64,000 nucleotides of DNA, from contig OZ316775.1 of NCBI GenBank assembly GCA_973851085.1, forward strand, positions 11,160,001 to 11,224,000. The letters run 5' to 3'. The notes beneath the pieces were generated by a model, which worked only from the letters and a program-made list of their open reading frames with translations, was not told where the DNA came from and did not search any database. A program made the translations under genes and the position numbers. The stretch comes from Ptychomitrium polyphyllum. Its lineage: Eukaryota. Positions 1 to 13,179 of this stretch are shown here, piece by piece. Positions within the stretch are counted from its first letter, which is position 1, and each line of letters starts with the position of its first letter.

Positions 1-1552
1 CAGTAGTGTCAAGCTAAGGCAAAACCGCTGCAGTCATCCAGTTCCACAAAGGGCAGACATTTACAATGGAAACTTCAGCTGGTAGGTGAAGATATTTAAC
101 ATCATAGAACATAACTTATTATAAAACCATATTCTCCATATTGTTGTAACATAGAGGTGCATAGGTCACATGAGCGGAATCCAGAAGGTGACGATTTGAG
201 ACATTGGAGTGAATATGTGCTTGCAAGTGACCTGATTGAGGTTTTCAATTGTAAACTACAAGTAGCAGTGGCTTGCAAAGCACCAACTTGGTGGAGTGCT
301 TTCTGGATGCAAGATATCCCAACTGATTGATTGCAAATGCCAGAGTTCAACTCTGAGGGCCCCAGTTTCTGAGCTCCTATAGGGTAAAATTCTTGGTTCG
401 GTGAAAAGGGAGTTCTCACCAACCACGCCCTCACTGGGGACAATACAGAGTTAATGCCCTGCACCAGCTCCTTAGAAATCCAGTCGCTCTAATTTATCGC
501 CAGGGAATTCACCGAAGCCTCCAAGTGCTTTTGCTTTGTGTGTAATGCACAAGTCTCAAGATTGCGTCACGTGTCCTCGCAGTGAGTAATTTCTGCATGT
601 TGGGGTAGAACAAAGGGTTTAGACTCACTAAATGATTTTCTGGGTGGTGGCCAGGATGTAGGCATATGTGAATTTCAATTCCATGTAACAAGATGAATTT
701 CAATTTAAAACAGGCCCAAAGTCCAAGAGTGAAGACTGTTTGACTTGAGTTGACAGTAAATTTTCTATGCCCACTAGTTCCGCGGCTATCGGTAGGGCCC
801 GGCTTAGTGCACTGCCCTGTGCTCCCCCTATATGATCTCCAACCTGCTGTATTCTAATCACAAGTACAGTCCTAGACCATTTCTGTGTGACTGCACTTGC
901 AGTTTTCCTACCTCTGTTCATTCTTTCGGAAGCTAGGCTTCTCTTTGTGTGAGATATCTAAGAACTTCCATACTTTCACAGCAAGTTGGTGGCACAGTAA
1001 TCACCAGCTCACTAGCTTCGTGACTTTTAGGCGGGAGTTTCCATGTTCACAGTTCACAGCTTGTGTACAAGTGATTTTTAAGTTATCGTCCCTGCTGAAT
1101 TTCTGATTCTTTAACCCCATCTTCGACACTCTCGGTGCACATATCCTGGATTCATAGTCTGGATTCATATATCAATGTATCATTTTTTCATCAGAGATTG
1201 CGGAAGGTAGCTGACAAACGTAGCAAAGGTAAACCAGACTTGCTAGTGAACTATCAATGTATTGGTGTGGTGAAGCAGAATTTCCAGAATTGGCTCGGCC
1301 ATCGTTCTGTAAGTTAATAAATCAAGCTATTATTTCATGGATTGCTGACTTTCAATTATTCATAGATTTGGATTCAACATTTAAACTTGCAGTAAGCTTC
1401 CTGCAGGTATATATATACATAAAGAGAGAGAGAGACAACGGCAGGAAATCCAATTAGACCTGGGACCTGATCAAGGACAACTTCATTTACAACTGCTGGA
1501 TACACTAACCTCCAGTTGGAATTCTGAGGCTAGTACTGTGAGCAAGCCGAAA

Positions 1553-3544
1553 ATGCGCGTAGACCTGACCAAGCCAATTGTTGCTCAAGTGAGTAGCATA
1601 TGATGTCATGCACATTAAGCCACAACTAAATGCTGCATACTTCATATTTTTTCTACTCTAATGTTGTGTAGTTTACGTGTATACAGCGCACCATCTCCTC
1701 ACCGTATGTTATGAAACTACTGGTACATGAAATGCGTTTGGAATGTTTAGAACGAACTGAAACTGAATTCTATTGAGGGTACTGGTTTACATATTGAGTG
1801 TCGCAATTGTGATGCACAGTATTCTGATCGATCAGCAGGTCATGGACTCATGTTCAGTTAAGAGTTCATTCATTTTTTAATTATTCAAGATCGCATGCAT
1901 GATACTCTGGAAACATAAATTACAAGAATATTGAGTTTCTTTTCACCTGTAGTTGGGTAGCACTGTATACCATTATAATTGTCAAATATTCAGGTGCAAT
2001 TCGTGACCAGTAGAAGAACTCAAGCCATGTTGTGCAACAGTCTCAGCGATAATTGAATATTACCCAGTTTATTAGGACCGGAGTTTGAGAGGTCCCAGTA
2101 CTGACTTTGGACAGTCTTGGACGGTTGCGTTTTCCCAGGTGGGCCATCTCGGAGCGGATTATGACGACTGGGTGCACCAGCCAGTGACTCGCAAAGAAAG
2201 CCCCAGATTCTTCCAAAGCGATCTCCTTGAGGTGAGGCACATAGAGCAACTGATTTGTTTGCTTTTCTTCTCCCACTAAAGTTGAATCATACCACTTTCT
2301 TCATTAAATATCTTAACTCTCAGGCCAGTACTTTTGCTCCACAGAATGCTAAGAATTAGCACATCAGAGATAGTTCAAATTATGCAATGCATTTACTTGA
2401 AATATATTTTGGAAGTATGTCAGTCGTATTTGCCGATGATGTTTGACCTTGACCATGCAGATGGGGACCAAAGCGAAGTGGTGGATGATTCCAATGATAT
2501 GGGGGCCTGCGGTGGTCTTGTGCGAAGCAAGGGCAGTTCAGAAAGGACTTGCACCGCGTCTGCTGTTTCCTGTCTTCCTGCTGGGAGTACTTGCTTGGAC
2601 TTTGACAGAGTATCTCCTTCACCGCTTCTTATTTCACAAGAAGACCTCCAGTTATTGGTAAGAAAGCCTCATGTGGTTAATTATCATTTTAACGCTTAGA
2701 AGCTCTTTCAAACTGCTCCGACTCCGTAATAGGGACGAAAGTTCTTCCTAAATTTGTTCATTGAAGCATTCAGGAACCAGACAGACTATGGTTAATTCGC
2801 TGTGTTTTTTTAGGCCAAATACCATTCACTATATTATCCATGGATTTCATCACAAGCACCCCATGGACTCGGACCGTCTCGTGTTTCCCCCTCTCTTTGC
2901 ACTCGCTATCGCCGTCCCAGTAAGTACCGTGTCCTACAATTAGCTTTTTACCACAAGCAAAATATTATAGACGTTCGTTGATGTTGGTAACTTCGTTTTC
3001 TGAGATTTTTCTGGAGAATGATTTCACAAAGCTCAAAATTTTTGGGTTGTTCCTTTCGTTATGTAGGTGTGGTATCTTATGAATTTCCTCATACCATATC
3101 GAGCTGTGTGTTATTCGATGTTCGGAGGGGTGTTTCTGGGATACATTTGCTATGACCTTACACACTATTACCTCCACTTTGGCACGGCATTCACTGATCG
3201 TCTCTACAAGATGAAGGTATGATCTTGAAATTGGCTACAACTGAAGAATCCGTACTATTCAATTTCGATGATTATAGATTGGTTTCTCGTGATGGATTCT
3301 AGTGAGTGATAAGATTTAATAGACATAAAATATAGATCCAAGAATCTGTCTAATTTTTGGTGTTCATTTTCTGCAGAAAGATCATTCCAACCATCACTTC
3401 AAAACTCAGATGCATAACTACAGCTTCGGAGTGACCAGCCCCTTCTGGGACGTGATCTTCAACACACTCCCGCCTAAGAAACTGAAAAGCGTCCAAGCAA
3501 TGAGGAGCCAGCCTTCCACAGTGGACAGCTTGAGCGGAAACTAG
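1553..3544 (+). CDS. FAH: Sphingolipid fatty acid 2-hydroxylase (FAH1/FAH2-like), 6 exons: 1553-1588, 2139-2231, 2461-2657, 2814-2919, 3067-3216, 3377-3544
   Basis: Spliced translation [91 protein letters not shown]. It has the His-box pattern of plant FAH and all introns are GT-AG. The frame is open upstream to an AG at 1514-1515, so a further 5' exon is possible. Confidence 0.93.
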
Positions 3545-4446
3545 ACTCATGGTCGATTCTATTTCTGAATCAGTAGAATGAATATTCAGCTACTTGAGTC
3601 AAAGTTATAGAGGACTTCAAACTACAGTACTCATTCTTAATTGCAGTCAGTTGATACGCATTGTGATTTTCCATTGAGGATCTCTTTACTCAAAGTTGCA
3701 ACACGTACTATTCGAGCGATAGTACTTGGAATATGATATACTTTTTCCAACACAGAAATATTAATGATTCACAACCATGTGCATGATATTCCGGTATGTC
3801 AACTTATGAATATTGCCAATGCGCTGAGCAGGCAAAACCTGAAAATAAAACGATGTTAATCAAAGCCAGCTACGTAGCTGAGTGCTTGTCCAAGCTGGTA
3901 CACAAATGCGAAACACCACCAAGATTTCACTAAAGTCTTAAGCATAGCCGATCTGAAAAGTTGAAAACCTGCTTTTCAGTACTTAACTGAAGAACTAATT
4001 AAGAAGGCATAGTTGCTTCTACATTCTCCTAGAAGCTTGAAATCCGATAAAATTAATATCTGCTAAATGAAACCTCAGTTAAGTTCATGCTCAATCGACA
4101 GCCGTCATAATCGAGAAGTGACATGAAGCACAAAAATCTTCCGAGTTCCACAAAAAACCATAGCCATTGAAACGTATAACTTAATTTAAGTCATTAAAAT
4201 CGAATATTCAGAAGGTGCCATTCCAATGCAACCGACTGTCATCAGAGCAGCCTCGGTGACGTCGTTCACAGCCACGCTTTCCGGCTTTATCAAAAGAGTT
4301 CAATATGCATTCTCCTGTGGTTTCTGCTGAACTTGAAGCACACCAATCACGTACAAGAGTTTGGTCATCATCTGCAACGCTCACAGTCAATCGAGATGAG
4401 GAAGGCGATCATGTCTGCCGAAGTTCTTCAGTGTCCACGAGCTGCA

Positions 4447-5139
4447 TCATGAGCGATGGGTGTAGCATTTCTTGGTCATCACCTGCCCAGGACGACCAGA
4501 TGTAGGCGCCGACGTCGAAATTTCACATGTAGTCTTCACACCGAACCCAAAAGACCTGTAGCCCCCAATCCTAACCCTAGCCCTAACATCGACATAAACC
4601 TCGAAGTCGAGGCTACCACTCTGAATGTCACCCTGCAGGGCATTGGCTACGAGAAACGATACCGGCACGCTCATGGCCTTCACCTCTGTCCCCACAAATG
4701 TAACATTCGACTTTTCTTGGATGAACCCTGGCAATATTGCCCTCCCGAACACAGCCGTCGCATACGCAACTCTCATGTCAATCCGCTCGTAGACGACCTC
4801 CATGTGTCTGTTAAGATTACAACTCTTCAGCTTGACCACAATGTCGGCGTTCAAGAGATATGTCGTGATACCCCAGTTTTTGGTGGTTTCCACTTCCGCC
4901 AGAAGCCGTCGCGTTGTGGTCGATTGAATGTTGATCGTCACGACCTTCACGTCGTCCACCTCCCATGCGGGTGAGTGAATGGGTCGCAGCACAAGCCACA
5001 CAATGAAAGCTATCAAGCCCAGCACGATCAGCAAGATCACCAAAAATGACCCCACCAAGACGAGCATCCGCCTTATGGCATGCTTCCTCCGGTGTCGCTC
5101 CTCATTGTACTCAGGGTTCACCTTGTACACCTCCCCCAT
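4447..5139 (-). CDS. NDR1/HIN1-like (LEA_2 domain) membrane protein, intronless
   Basis: N-terminal TM helix (LVLVGSFLVILLIVLGLIAFIVWLVLRP), NLNRHMEVVYE motif, LPGFIQ, and C-terminal CEIS..KKC, all typical of NHL proteins. ATG placed at 5139. Confidence 0.85.
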   Translation of the reverse strand: MGEVYKVNPEYNEERHRRKHAIRRMLVLVGSFLVILLIVLGLIAFIVWLVLRPIHSPAWEVDDVKVVTINIQSTTTRRLLAEVETTKNWGITTYLLNADIVVKLKSCNLNRHMEVVYERIDMRVAYATAVFGRAILPGFIQEKSNVTFVGTEVKAMSVPVSFLVANALQGDIQSGSLDFEVYVDVRARVRIGGYRSFGFGVKTTCEISTSAPTSGRPGQVMTKKCYTHRS

Positions 5140-8100
5140 TCTTTGTTCGCCGCACCTCCACAATGCAGCAATATGGCCTATTAAACTAAAAAAATATGAA
5201 ACAAAGGACAATGGCGTTCTGAAATCCAAAGTAAGTAATGACCGATTATTTTTACAAACCGCACCTCAGGATCACTTCGCTATAGCATAACCTTACAAAG
5301 CACAACCTTGAGAAGATCAAAGCTAGACTACAAGTGCAAGGCTAGTTGGAGCTCACAGACGTGATGACGAAGTCGGACGAAATTGAAGCAATGTTCTTAA
5401 ACAACATGATCCGAAACAAAATTTTCAAGAAATTTTCAGGGAGATCTATGATGACTAACGTATACACACAACATTCAGGAGTAAACGATCATCTAAACGA
5501 AGGAAAAAGTTACACAATGTCGATCTCCAGAAAGCAATGTTCAAATGCAGGGATGCCTACTAAAAGAAAACAAGAAAAGGAGGACTTCAGGTAGTATTAT
5601 GAAATGCTAAGATTTCAATTGACCAATCCGTGGCTTCAGCTTTGCTACAGTGGCGAATGATCACGACCAGCAGAAGTGCTTGAGAGGATCGAATCAACTT
5701 GCCTTCAAGTGCAAAGCTTGAAGCTCACGACATGACAAGAAGAAGCAGTTAATTCCTGATCGACATGATTCCATGGATTCCTAAAAGAGATCATTTGCAA
5801 TGTGGGCACACCATCAACCGGAGAACATATCGTGCAGAAAGATTTATATGTGGAAAATAACCTACAGCAGGACTGCTTTGTGCAGGTCCTGAAAGCTGAG
5901 ACATGAGAATGAGAGACGGTGGCCGGACGGAGGAAGATTTGTTGATGACTCTTGGATGAGCATTATGATTGATGATTAATTCTCTCAAGTCACTTGTAAA
6001 GCATGTTCTTGAGACTACTTATTGTTAGAACAGGCTGGTGACAAGGCCATTTGGTTCTTACTGGCAATTCCATTGTGTCCTTATCCCCAAAGATGATGGA
6101 TATTCTGGAATAGTGGACTGTGATTTGTCATGGTAAGTTGATGTGATCACAGCAACTGACGGAGACATTTCAGCTCTTTTGACTGGAGTGAATTGAATGT
6201 TGTTAAATTCAGCCTGTGGTGGGAGTCAGTGTAGACTGCCGTGGTGTGTTAAGCACTTAAGATGTCTTTACATTCAATGGGCTGGGGTGACTTTGCAATC
6301 TGTAGTACTTAAAAGTTAGCTCACTTCTGGTCTGGTGTGTGTTCCAGGCTACAGGACATGAGCTAGCTTTTTAAATGCTCATGAACTGGATGATCATTGT
6401 TCAATGATGTAGATGTTGGTTGAGTTGTCAATTGGCATGCATGATGTACATGGTACAGTACATGTCAAACTGTTGTTTACGGACTAAGTTGGACAGATGA
6501 GGTTGAGTAGAAAATGTGGAAATGAGTGGCTCTGCAGTGTGGGTAGCTTGCATTTGTGGTTTTCATGGGCCATGGGGACAGCATGTTGTTTGTGTACTGC
6601 TCTTGAGGATAAATAGAAGTAGAGTGCTTGATGTAAATGGAACTCAATGCAGTGGAGTCATGCCCAATGCCTAATAGAGATACAGATAGATCACCCACTG
6701 AAATTTGGAAAATGAGCTTACGGATAGGTATATGGAATCAGTGTGGGGATATCTAGAGTACATTTCAATAAAAAAACGTTGTATTCAAGATGGATAAAAT
6801 CTAATTTTGAATCACTCGAACTACCTGCCAGTACTAGCTAGTACAGGGATGCAATTTTGGGGGCTTTTAATTGTGTCCATTGCTAATTAGCAATATTAGT
6901 TTCAAATTGTTTGAAGCCATGTCCAACCCAGTCAGAGGTGGCCAACATAAAAGTATCATCACTGTAAATTCACAGCAAGAGCATAAGTTACTTCTATATG
7001 TAGCTGCAACTGTAAATCATAGGACAGGGATTTGTTGTACTACACTGATGAGCTCAGCTATCTAGGCACTTTGCTTACATTACATTCTTCAGTGACCCCT
7101 ATGAATACCCTCTGAACACCCTCTTCCAAGAAAACTATTCTATCTTCTAAAGGTTCAATATTTATTGAGAAATTATAGAGTTTGTGTATTAAGTCACTAA
7201 ACTAAACTCATGCCTTCATATCACATATCACATGCACTCAAAAACATTTATTCTTCATTTCCCACTTTCCAAGGTGAGAATGAGGCCGTTCAAGCTAAAT
7301 GATGTTATGCAAGTGGAAACACCAAGGTAGCTTACATTTTGTTACATTGCTAGTCTGAAATTTTCTTCCAAAAAGTTTTCACATCCAACTTTTACATCTT
7401 TTGCTATCCACATTTACATTGCAATTTTGCTACCTGATGCTCATACAATATGCACTGTATGCAAAGTATGTATGCAAAGTATTCATCTGTAAACTTTAGA
7501 GAAAAGTCACCGACTGTTGCAATCAGATGCTATATGGTCACCCAGTAGATACTAGCAGACTGCAAAATTCAAGTTCCATCTGCAGCTGCAGTTGCGTAGC
7601 TGGATATTTAGCATAAATGGAGAGACGAGAATAGCACAAATTTGATTTCTCACAGGCAATTCAAATTATCAATTGAAACTTGTCTTGATACTCATAGTTA
7701 CACGGTTAGCAATTGTTTAGGGTCAACGTTGATAGAGGGGGAGTGCGCGTAACTGAAACCGGTATCCAGACACCTGAGCTGTAACTTGGCAGTATTATGC
7801 ACATGGCCAGCTGTTCTTGGGGTCTTCACATTTGTCGGTTGACGCTAACTCTTAAACAAATTCTGGATGTCTTATTTGGCAGCTCAAGGAATCTTGATGG
7901 GGAATCTTGATGCCGGGCTTTGGGCCAATCGTCAGGTAGAGGCTTTGGCAGTAAGGGAATGAATCGATGATCTATGCCGCTAGGATTCTGTAGAGCTGTT
8001 CTTGTTGAAAATTAATCCTGAAACGATGTAAGAGGAGCATTTGCAAGGTGACAGTCACAGCAAAGATGACAAGTCATAGCTGAAAAGACATTCACCAATA

Positions 8101-8142
8101 GATTTGAGCCGGCAGGTACTATACATCTAAAAATAAAAATTC

Positions 8143-8190
8143 GTCTCTGAACTGCAAGTCTCTGAACTGCAAGTCTCTGAACTGCAAGTC
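8143..8190. repeat. 15-bp tandem repeat x3 (GTCTCTGAACTGCAA)
   Basis: Seen directly. Confidence 0.9.
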
Positions 8191-8329
8191 ACAGGATATA
8201 GGCGTGAAAAACTCTATTTATTCCATGAGAAGTAAAATGAAAGGAAAAAGTGTACTCTTCATCGAATCCTTGTCGCTCACATGAGCAAGATGTGATTCTT
8301 CCACTGTTCATCAAGTGACCTTCTTTCTC

Positions 8330-9700
8330 AAAGATGAAGTCCAACCTTCATTCAGTGAACAAACTTGTTATGGGAGGCTTCATGGTTCATTTCAATATCA
8401 ATAAATGTGTTGTGAAGTCTTTGAATAGAGATGTTGCCATAGGTTTTAGGGATGGTAAATTATATTCCATCAAGTGTAAGAAGGTAAATGGAGTTGAATT
8501 GGTGGCTGTTGCAAAGTTTATACAAGACCAAAACAATTTTAATAGTTGTCATGAAATTTGCTTGTGAAGGTTGCATCCAAAGCAAACAACAAAGGGATTC
8601 ATTTCCAAGTGAAGTGGCAACATGTGCAAGTAAATTGCTGGAGTTTGGAGTTTGTTGATTTCAATGTATGTAGATCCATGAAGCTTTAAAAAGAGCAAGG
8701 TATTTCTTTATGTTCATTAATGATTTTTTAAAGAAGGTGTGGATTTTCATATAAAAAACATAAGGTTTTTTCCCAACTTTGGATGCATTGTATATGCAAA
8801 GGTATCAAATTGTATGAGCTCCAAGCGTAATGCACAAGGTACAAAATGTATGTTCTTTGGTCATTGCAAGGGTGCCAAGGTATATAGGCTAATATATTTA
8901 AAGAACACAAAGGTTATCAAAAGTTGTGATGTTGAGTTTTTGGAGCATAAAAGTGCTTGTAAGCACTTAAAGATGTGTCTAAGTGGGAGTAAGAGTGTGT
9001 TTGTAGACACATCTTCCAAATAAACAAAATAAAAAGAAGATGAAAGAACTAAAGAAGATGGCCTTTTTCAAAGTAGAAAGAGATATTCCACAAAAGAAAG
9101 AAGGCCACCTGATGAATTGTAAAAGAATCACATCTTTCCTTAAGTAAACAAAAAATATTCAAATGTGGCTCTTTTTGGTGATCATTTGACCTTGTACGAT
9201 GCAATGAAATCTTTGGATGCCATGAAGTGGAAGAAAGCAATGGAAAAAATGTACCAATAATTTATGGACAATGAAACATAGAAATTGATTCAACTTCATC
9301 CAAATTGTCCTTTGATTGATTATAAATGGATGTTTAAACCAAAAAGAATGCACTGGATGATGTTGCAAGATATAAGGAAAAATTAGTTGCCAAAGACTAT
9401 TTTTAAATTGCTAGTGTTGATTTCAATGAAATGTTTATATTTTTGGCAAAATTCACCACCATTAGAACTGTTCTAGCAATTTGGACAACATTGAACATGG
9501 AGATATTTATACCAAATGGATGTGAAGATGGCGTTTTTGAATGGAAAGTTGGAGGAGGACATCTATATGAATGATTAACATCACTTCCTTAGAAAAAAAA
9601 TTGAAAATGGAATGAGAAGTATGAAGTAATATGCAACTAAGAAAATGCTTGCTGATTTATTTGTAAAAGGGCTAGAAACCACTTGCTTATAAAGGCATTA
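8330..9700 (+). mobile_element. Degenerate Ty1/Copia pol remnant
   Basis: Fragments NLHSVNKL (protease), KCMFFGHCKGAKVYRL (post-integrase) and QMDVKMAFLNGKLEEDIY (RT, ~9512-9570), broken by stops, frameshifts and deletions. Confidence 0.85.
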
Positions 9701-9792
9701 GGCTTGAAGATCTCAAATACATAATAAAGTGGCAAAGTGGCGATTTGTTAATGGAATTATGTTACAAATGATCAAAAGATAAAAAAGTGGAT

Positions 9793-9884
9793 AAAGTAAT
9801 AAAGGTGGCATTTGAACAAAGTAGACAAAGTAATAAAGGTGGCATTTGAACAAAGTAGACAAAGTAATAAAGGTGGCATTTGAA
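9793..9884. repeat. 34-bp tandem repeat x2.7 (AAAGTAATAAAGGTGGCATTTGAACAAAGTAGAC)
   Basis: Seen directly, just downstream of the Copia remnant. Confidence 0.9.
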
Positions 9885-12239
9885 GACGTACTATTGGAAA
9901 TGAATGTCATCTTACTCCACACTTCTTTTATGTGTTCAGTTGCTCATTGGGAATATACAATACGCAATAAGGTGGACAAGTGAATGTGCAAGGAAAATGT
10001 GGAGTGTAATGACGCTGAGTTTCAACACCCTTTTGTTATAGGTGGTACATGCTCAAATTGTTGGCAAATATTATGGGACTTTTTTTCAATTCGCTTTGGC
10101 TAATCCTAGGAGCCGCATATTTACAGTCAGAATGACTGAAACGACGCAAGCTTTGATCTACAATTTGAAAGCACTTCATCATCTTGCAAGAAATATCTGT
10201 AACTTTGTTGTGAAACCACTGATGATGATTCAATTTTTTGAAGTGTTCCTTATTAAAAGTCCTCTTTTCTTCACAATCACAGCACCTGCCTTCACTAATA
10301 TCAGTGCAAATTGCTTTCGGGTTCTAAATTGATACGATGTTTGGGGAGTGATTAGCACTCACCTGATATATTTGCATAATTCTCATACACTGCTACTTAC
10401 TCAACTTAAAGGTTTGCAGAAACATTTTCTCAGTAAAATATTTCTGCAAACATTTCTGAACTTGTTGGTACAATGCATATGCACAACTGCCAGAACTTTC
10501 AACAATTTTTTGCTCTTCGTTGTCATTGAACCTTCAAGTTTCTGAAATCTACTCAACTTGGCGTTAGAGTTTCAAGTCGGAGGGTTCTAAGTTTGAGTAG
10601 AGGTTTCAGCCAAGTCAGAGAGTGTAAAATTCTTTGTGTCTAAACTCACTTCCCTACATGGTGGCCTCAGTGATTTCAAAATTACTGTACTCTCTGCAGT
10701 CTCCCTGATGCGTTTCAAGTAATCATGCTCAATACGCCATGGCCATGCTCTGAATACTGTTGGTAGGCTGCTTTTTTGATATGCAACGAGAAAGACGAAT
10801 ACAAATCTTTGCGTATTGTTGGAAGAACTTTCATTTCAGAATGAGTTAGGAAGGTCTACGTCACCTTTGGGAAGCTTAGGTTAACTTTCTGAAGCCCCTG
10901 AATCTTCGAGATCAAAAAGAAGAGGACACGTCTTAACGTTCAATTAGTCTTGGTGCCAGTGCACTATCCAGCTTCGTTGCTGAGGGACCGAGCTGTACAA
11001 AGTCTTTTGAAATTATCTTCCATTAGCGTCAAAAAATGGAGACGAGTGCACGTTTTAAAGCAGTTAGGAAGTATCTCAAGTGCGTTCGGCTCTCCAAGGA
11101 TGCCAGGTTCGTAATTTTCGATTGGAGATCCATGTCTCTGAAGACTTAAACCCTTCGATGTAATTATATAGGATATAATGTACTAAATGTGCCGTTGGAA
11201 ACGCTACAACTTCTGTGTTTGGAAACTCTGGACAATACAAAAGTACTGCAAAGTTTTGGAGGATTGTTCTGAAATCAGCCATGTCAAAACTAGTGGGAAT
11301 CTCACAACTGCCATATTTTGCGTGTAGACTACAAATAAGTGCAATTGTACCTTAAATTCCTTTACACGGATAGGCAAGTGCCTAAATTACCAACACTGCC
11401 AAAATACAGTATTATTCTAAATCAAACGACATTGAACTAGTGCCCCTACCTTAGGGCATGTTCGGGTTTGACTCTACTGTCTTCTGCTTTCAACCTGCCA
11501 TCAACAGCTGACGAATATGTGACGAAGTCTTTGGCTGGCTGCAATTTAGCAAAACATCATATTCTAAAGAGTACTGTACTTAGATTGGAAGGCTCAGTTG
11601 CAGTTCCGAAGAAGGTGATATTTACAGTACCTTCTAACTTGTCATCAGTCGTGAGCCACCATTTGGTTGAGTCTCACTGACTAGGGTCACATCGCGTGGA
11701 GCACTACTCGGCATAGACAGCAGAATGCCCCTGAGAAATCCGAGAAGTTTGCCAAGCAGTTCGAATAGTGATGGTGTTGTAAATACCATCTGGCCTTCTA
11801 CGGTGATGGTAAACTCAGATGGAATTTGTCTGCTAACTGGTCCTGAGTATGGCTGTGTGAGAACAACTTTAGCACCGAAGGTATAGTACTACTTCCTTTC
11901 AAGCGTAGACACTCATGAACAATTACCAGAAACAAGCTGTCTTAGCATTATTTAGGTTGTATTGTTACGCCTCGCAGGACCTGGGGGGTCTCTTGTACTT
12001 GTACTCTTTCTCTCCTCGCAGTAAAGGTTACCCTTTGTTCGATTGAAAAATAAAATAAAAAGTAACTTGTCATCATCACCTGCAGCAACTCGTTATGAAT
12101 TTTTTAGATGCTTTCTTTTCTCACATTGAACTTGCAATTCAAAACTCCTTCTAATATTACTTTGTACTACTATTTTATGCAATGAACTTCCGTTACATAT
12201 CTACTGGTGATGATTGAGGTTCCACAGTTTGTTCCCAAG

Positions 12240-12293
12240 GAAAAGAAAAAGAAAAAGAAAAAGAAAAAGAAAAAGAAAAAGAAAAAGAAAAAG
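12240..12293. repeat. (GAAAAA)n microsatellite
   Basis: About 8-9 hexamer units. Confidence 0.95.
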
Positions 12294-13179
12294 ATCCTTG
12301 TGACTAATCAATGACATAAATTGCACCAACTTGATGTTGGATTCAATTGGAAGTTTCATAAAAAAATAATTGCTAGCTGACCAAAGTGAGAAGCAAAAAT
12401 TTTCTGATAAAGACGTTCTTCAGTCATATCATCATGACCCTGCGAGGAAATTGGAATCCACAGAAGTCTAATAGGTAGTGTGTCTAAAAGATGGGGCTAG
12501 TACGGTATCAGCACCCCGGTGCCACACACCCTCCAGGTGGGTAGTAACAGGCGCCTCAGAGTCTCAGGCATGAATATTCTTGTTCAAATGACAATGAACA
12601 TGTCAATCTTCCGCCACGAGCGTTGAATTTAACATCCACAAAATAGAGAGTCAATCGTCTTCACTCTTCTGGCCATACCGTGGCGTGTGACCACCATCTC
12701 TGGAGTACAAATTAATCAAGAGCCGCGAATCCCACGTCCTCATGGTAACGCTTCACGAGATGATGCGAAGACTTTTAGTATAGTAGTATTGAACCTAGAA
12801 GGGCTGAAGAATTCATTATCCATGAGCTTGTACGTAAAGTGCATTATTAGGGGCATTCAAAAAATATTGAATAAAATAACCCTTATAGGTCCATGTGGTG
12901 AAATCCTCTAGCCTTAAAAGAGTTCAATGAGTCCCGTTGAATGCCTTGTAACGAATATGTTGCTCAACAGTCCTGCAGACAACAAACTTGCAGACAATCT
13001 GCCAGAAACAAAGCTCGACGATGAATAAGAACGACTTGCTTGCTTGGGTGCATGCAATCTTATAACTTGTAAGTTTGAGATCGTAAAGCTTGCAGAGATC
13101 ACTGGTGAAGGATTCAGGGTTACTTGGTGTTAGTCTGGAGTTAAGACAAGATTTTGAGTTGTGCAACACTACATCAATC

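Noticed and set aside
1..1450. Short ORFs at the window start
   Set aside because: No recognisable domain or consistent exon chain; may be UTR or intron sequence.
4456..5290. Plus-strand ORFs of 172 and 103 aa
   Set aside because: Antisense shadows of the NHL gene.
10030..11300. Possible decayed coding sequence
   Set aside because: Composition is coding-like in places, but I could not identify any motif.
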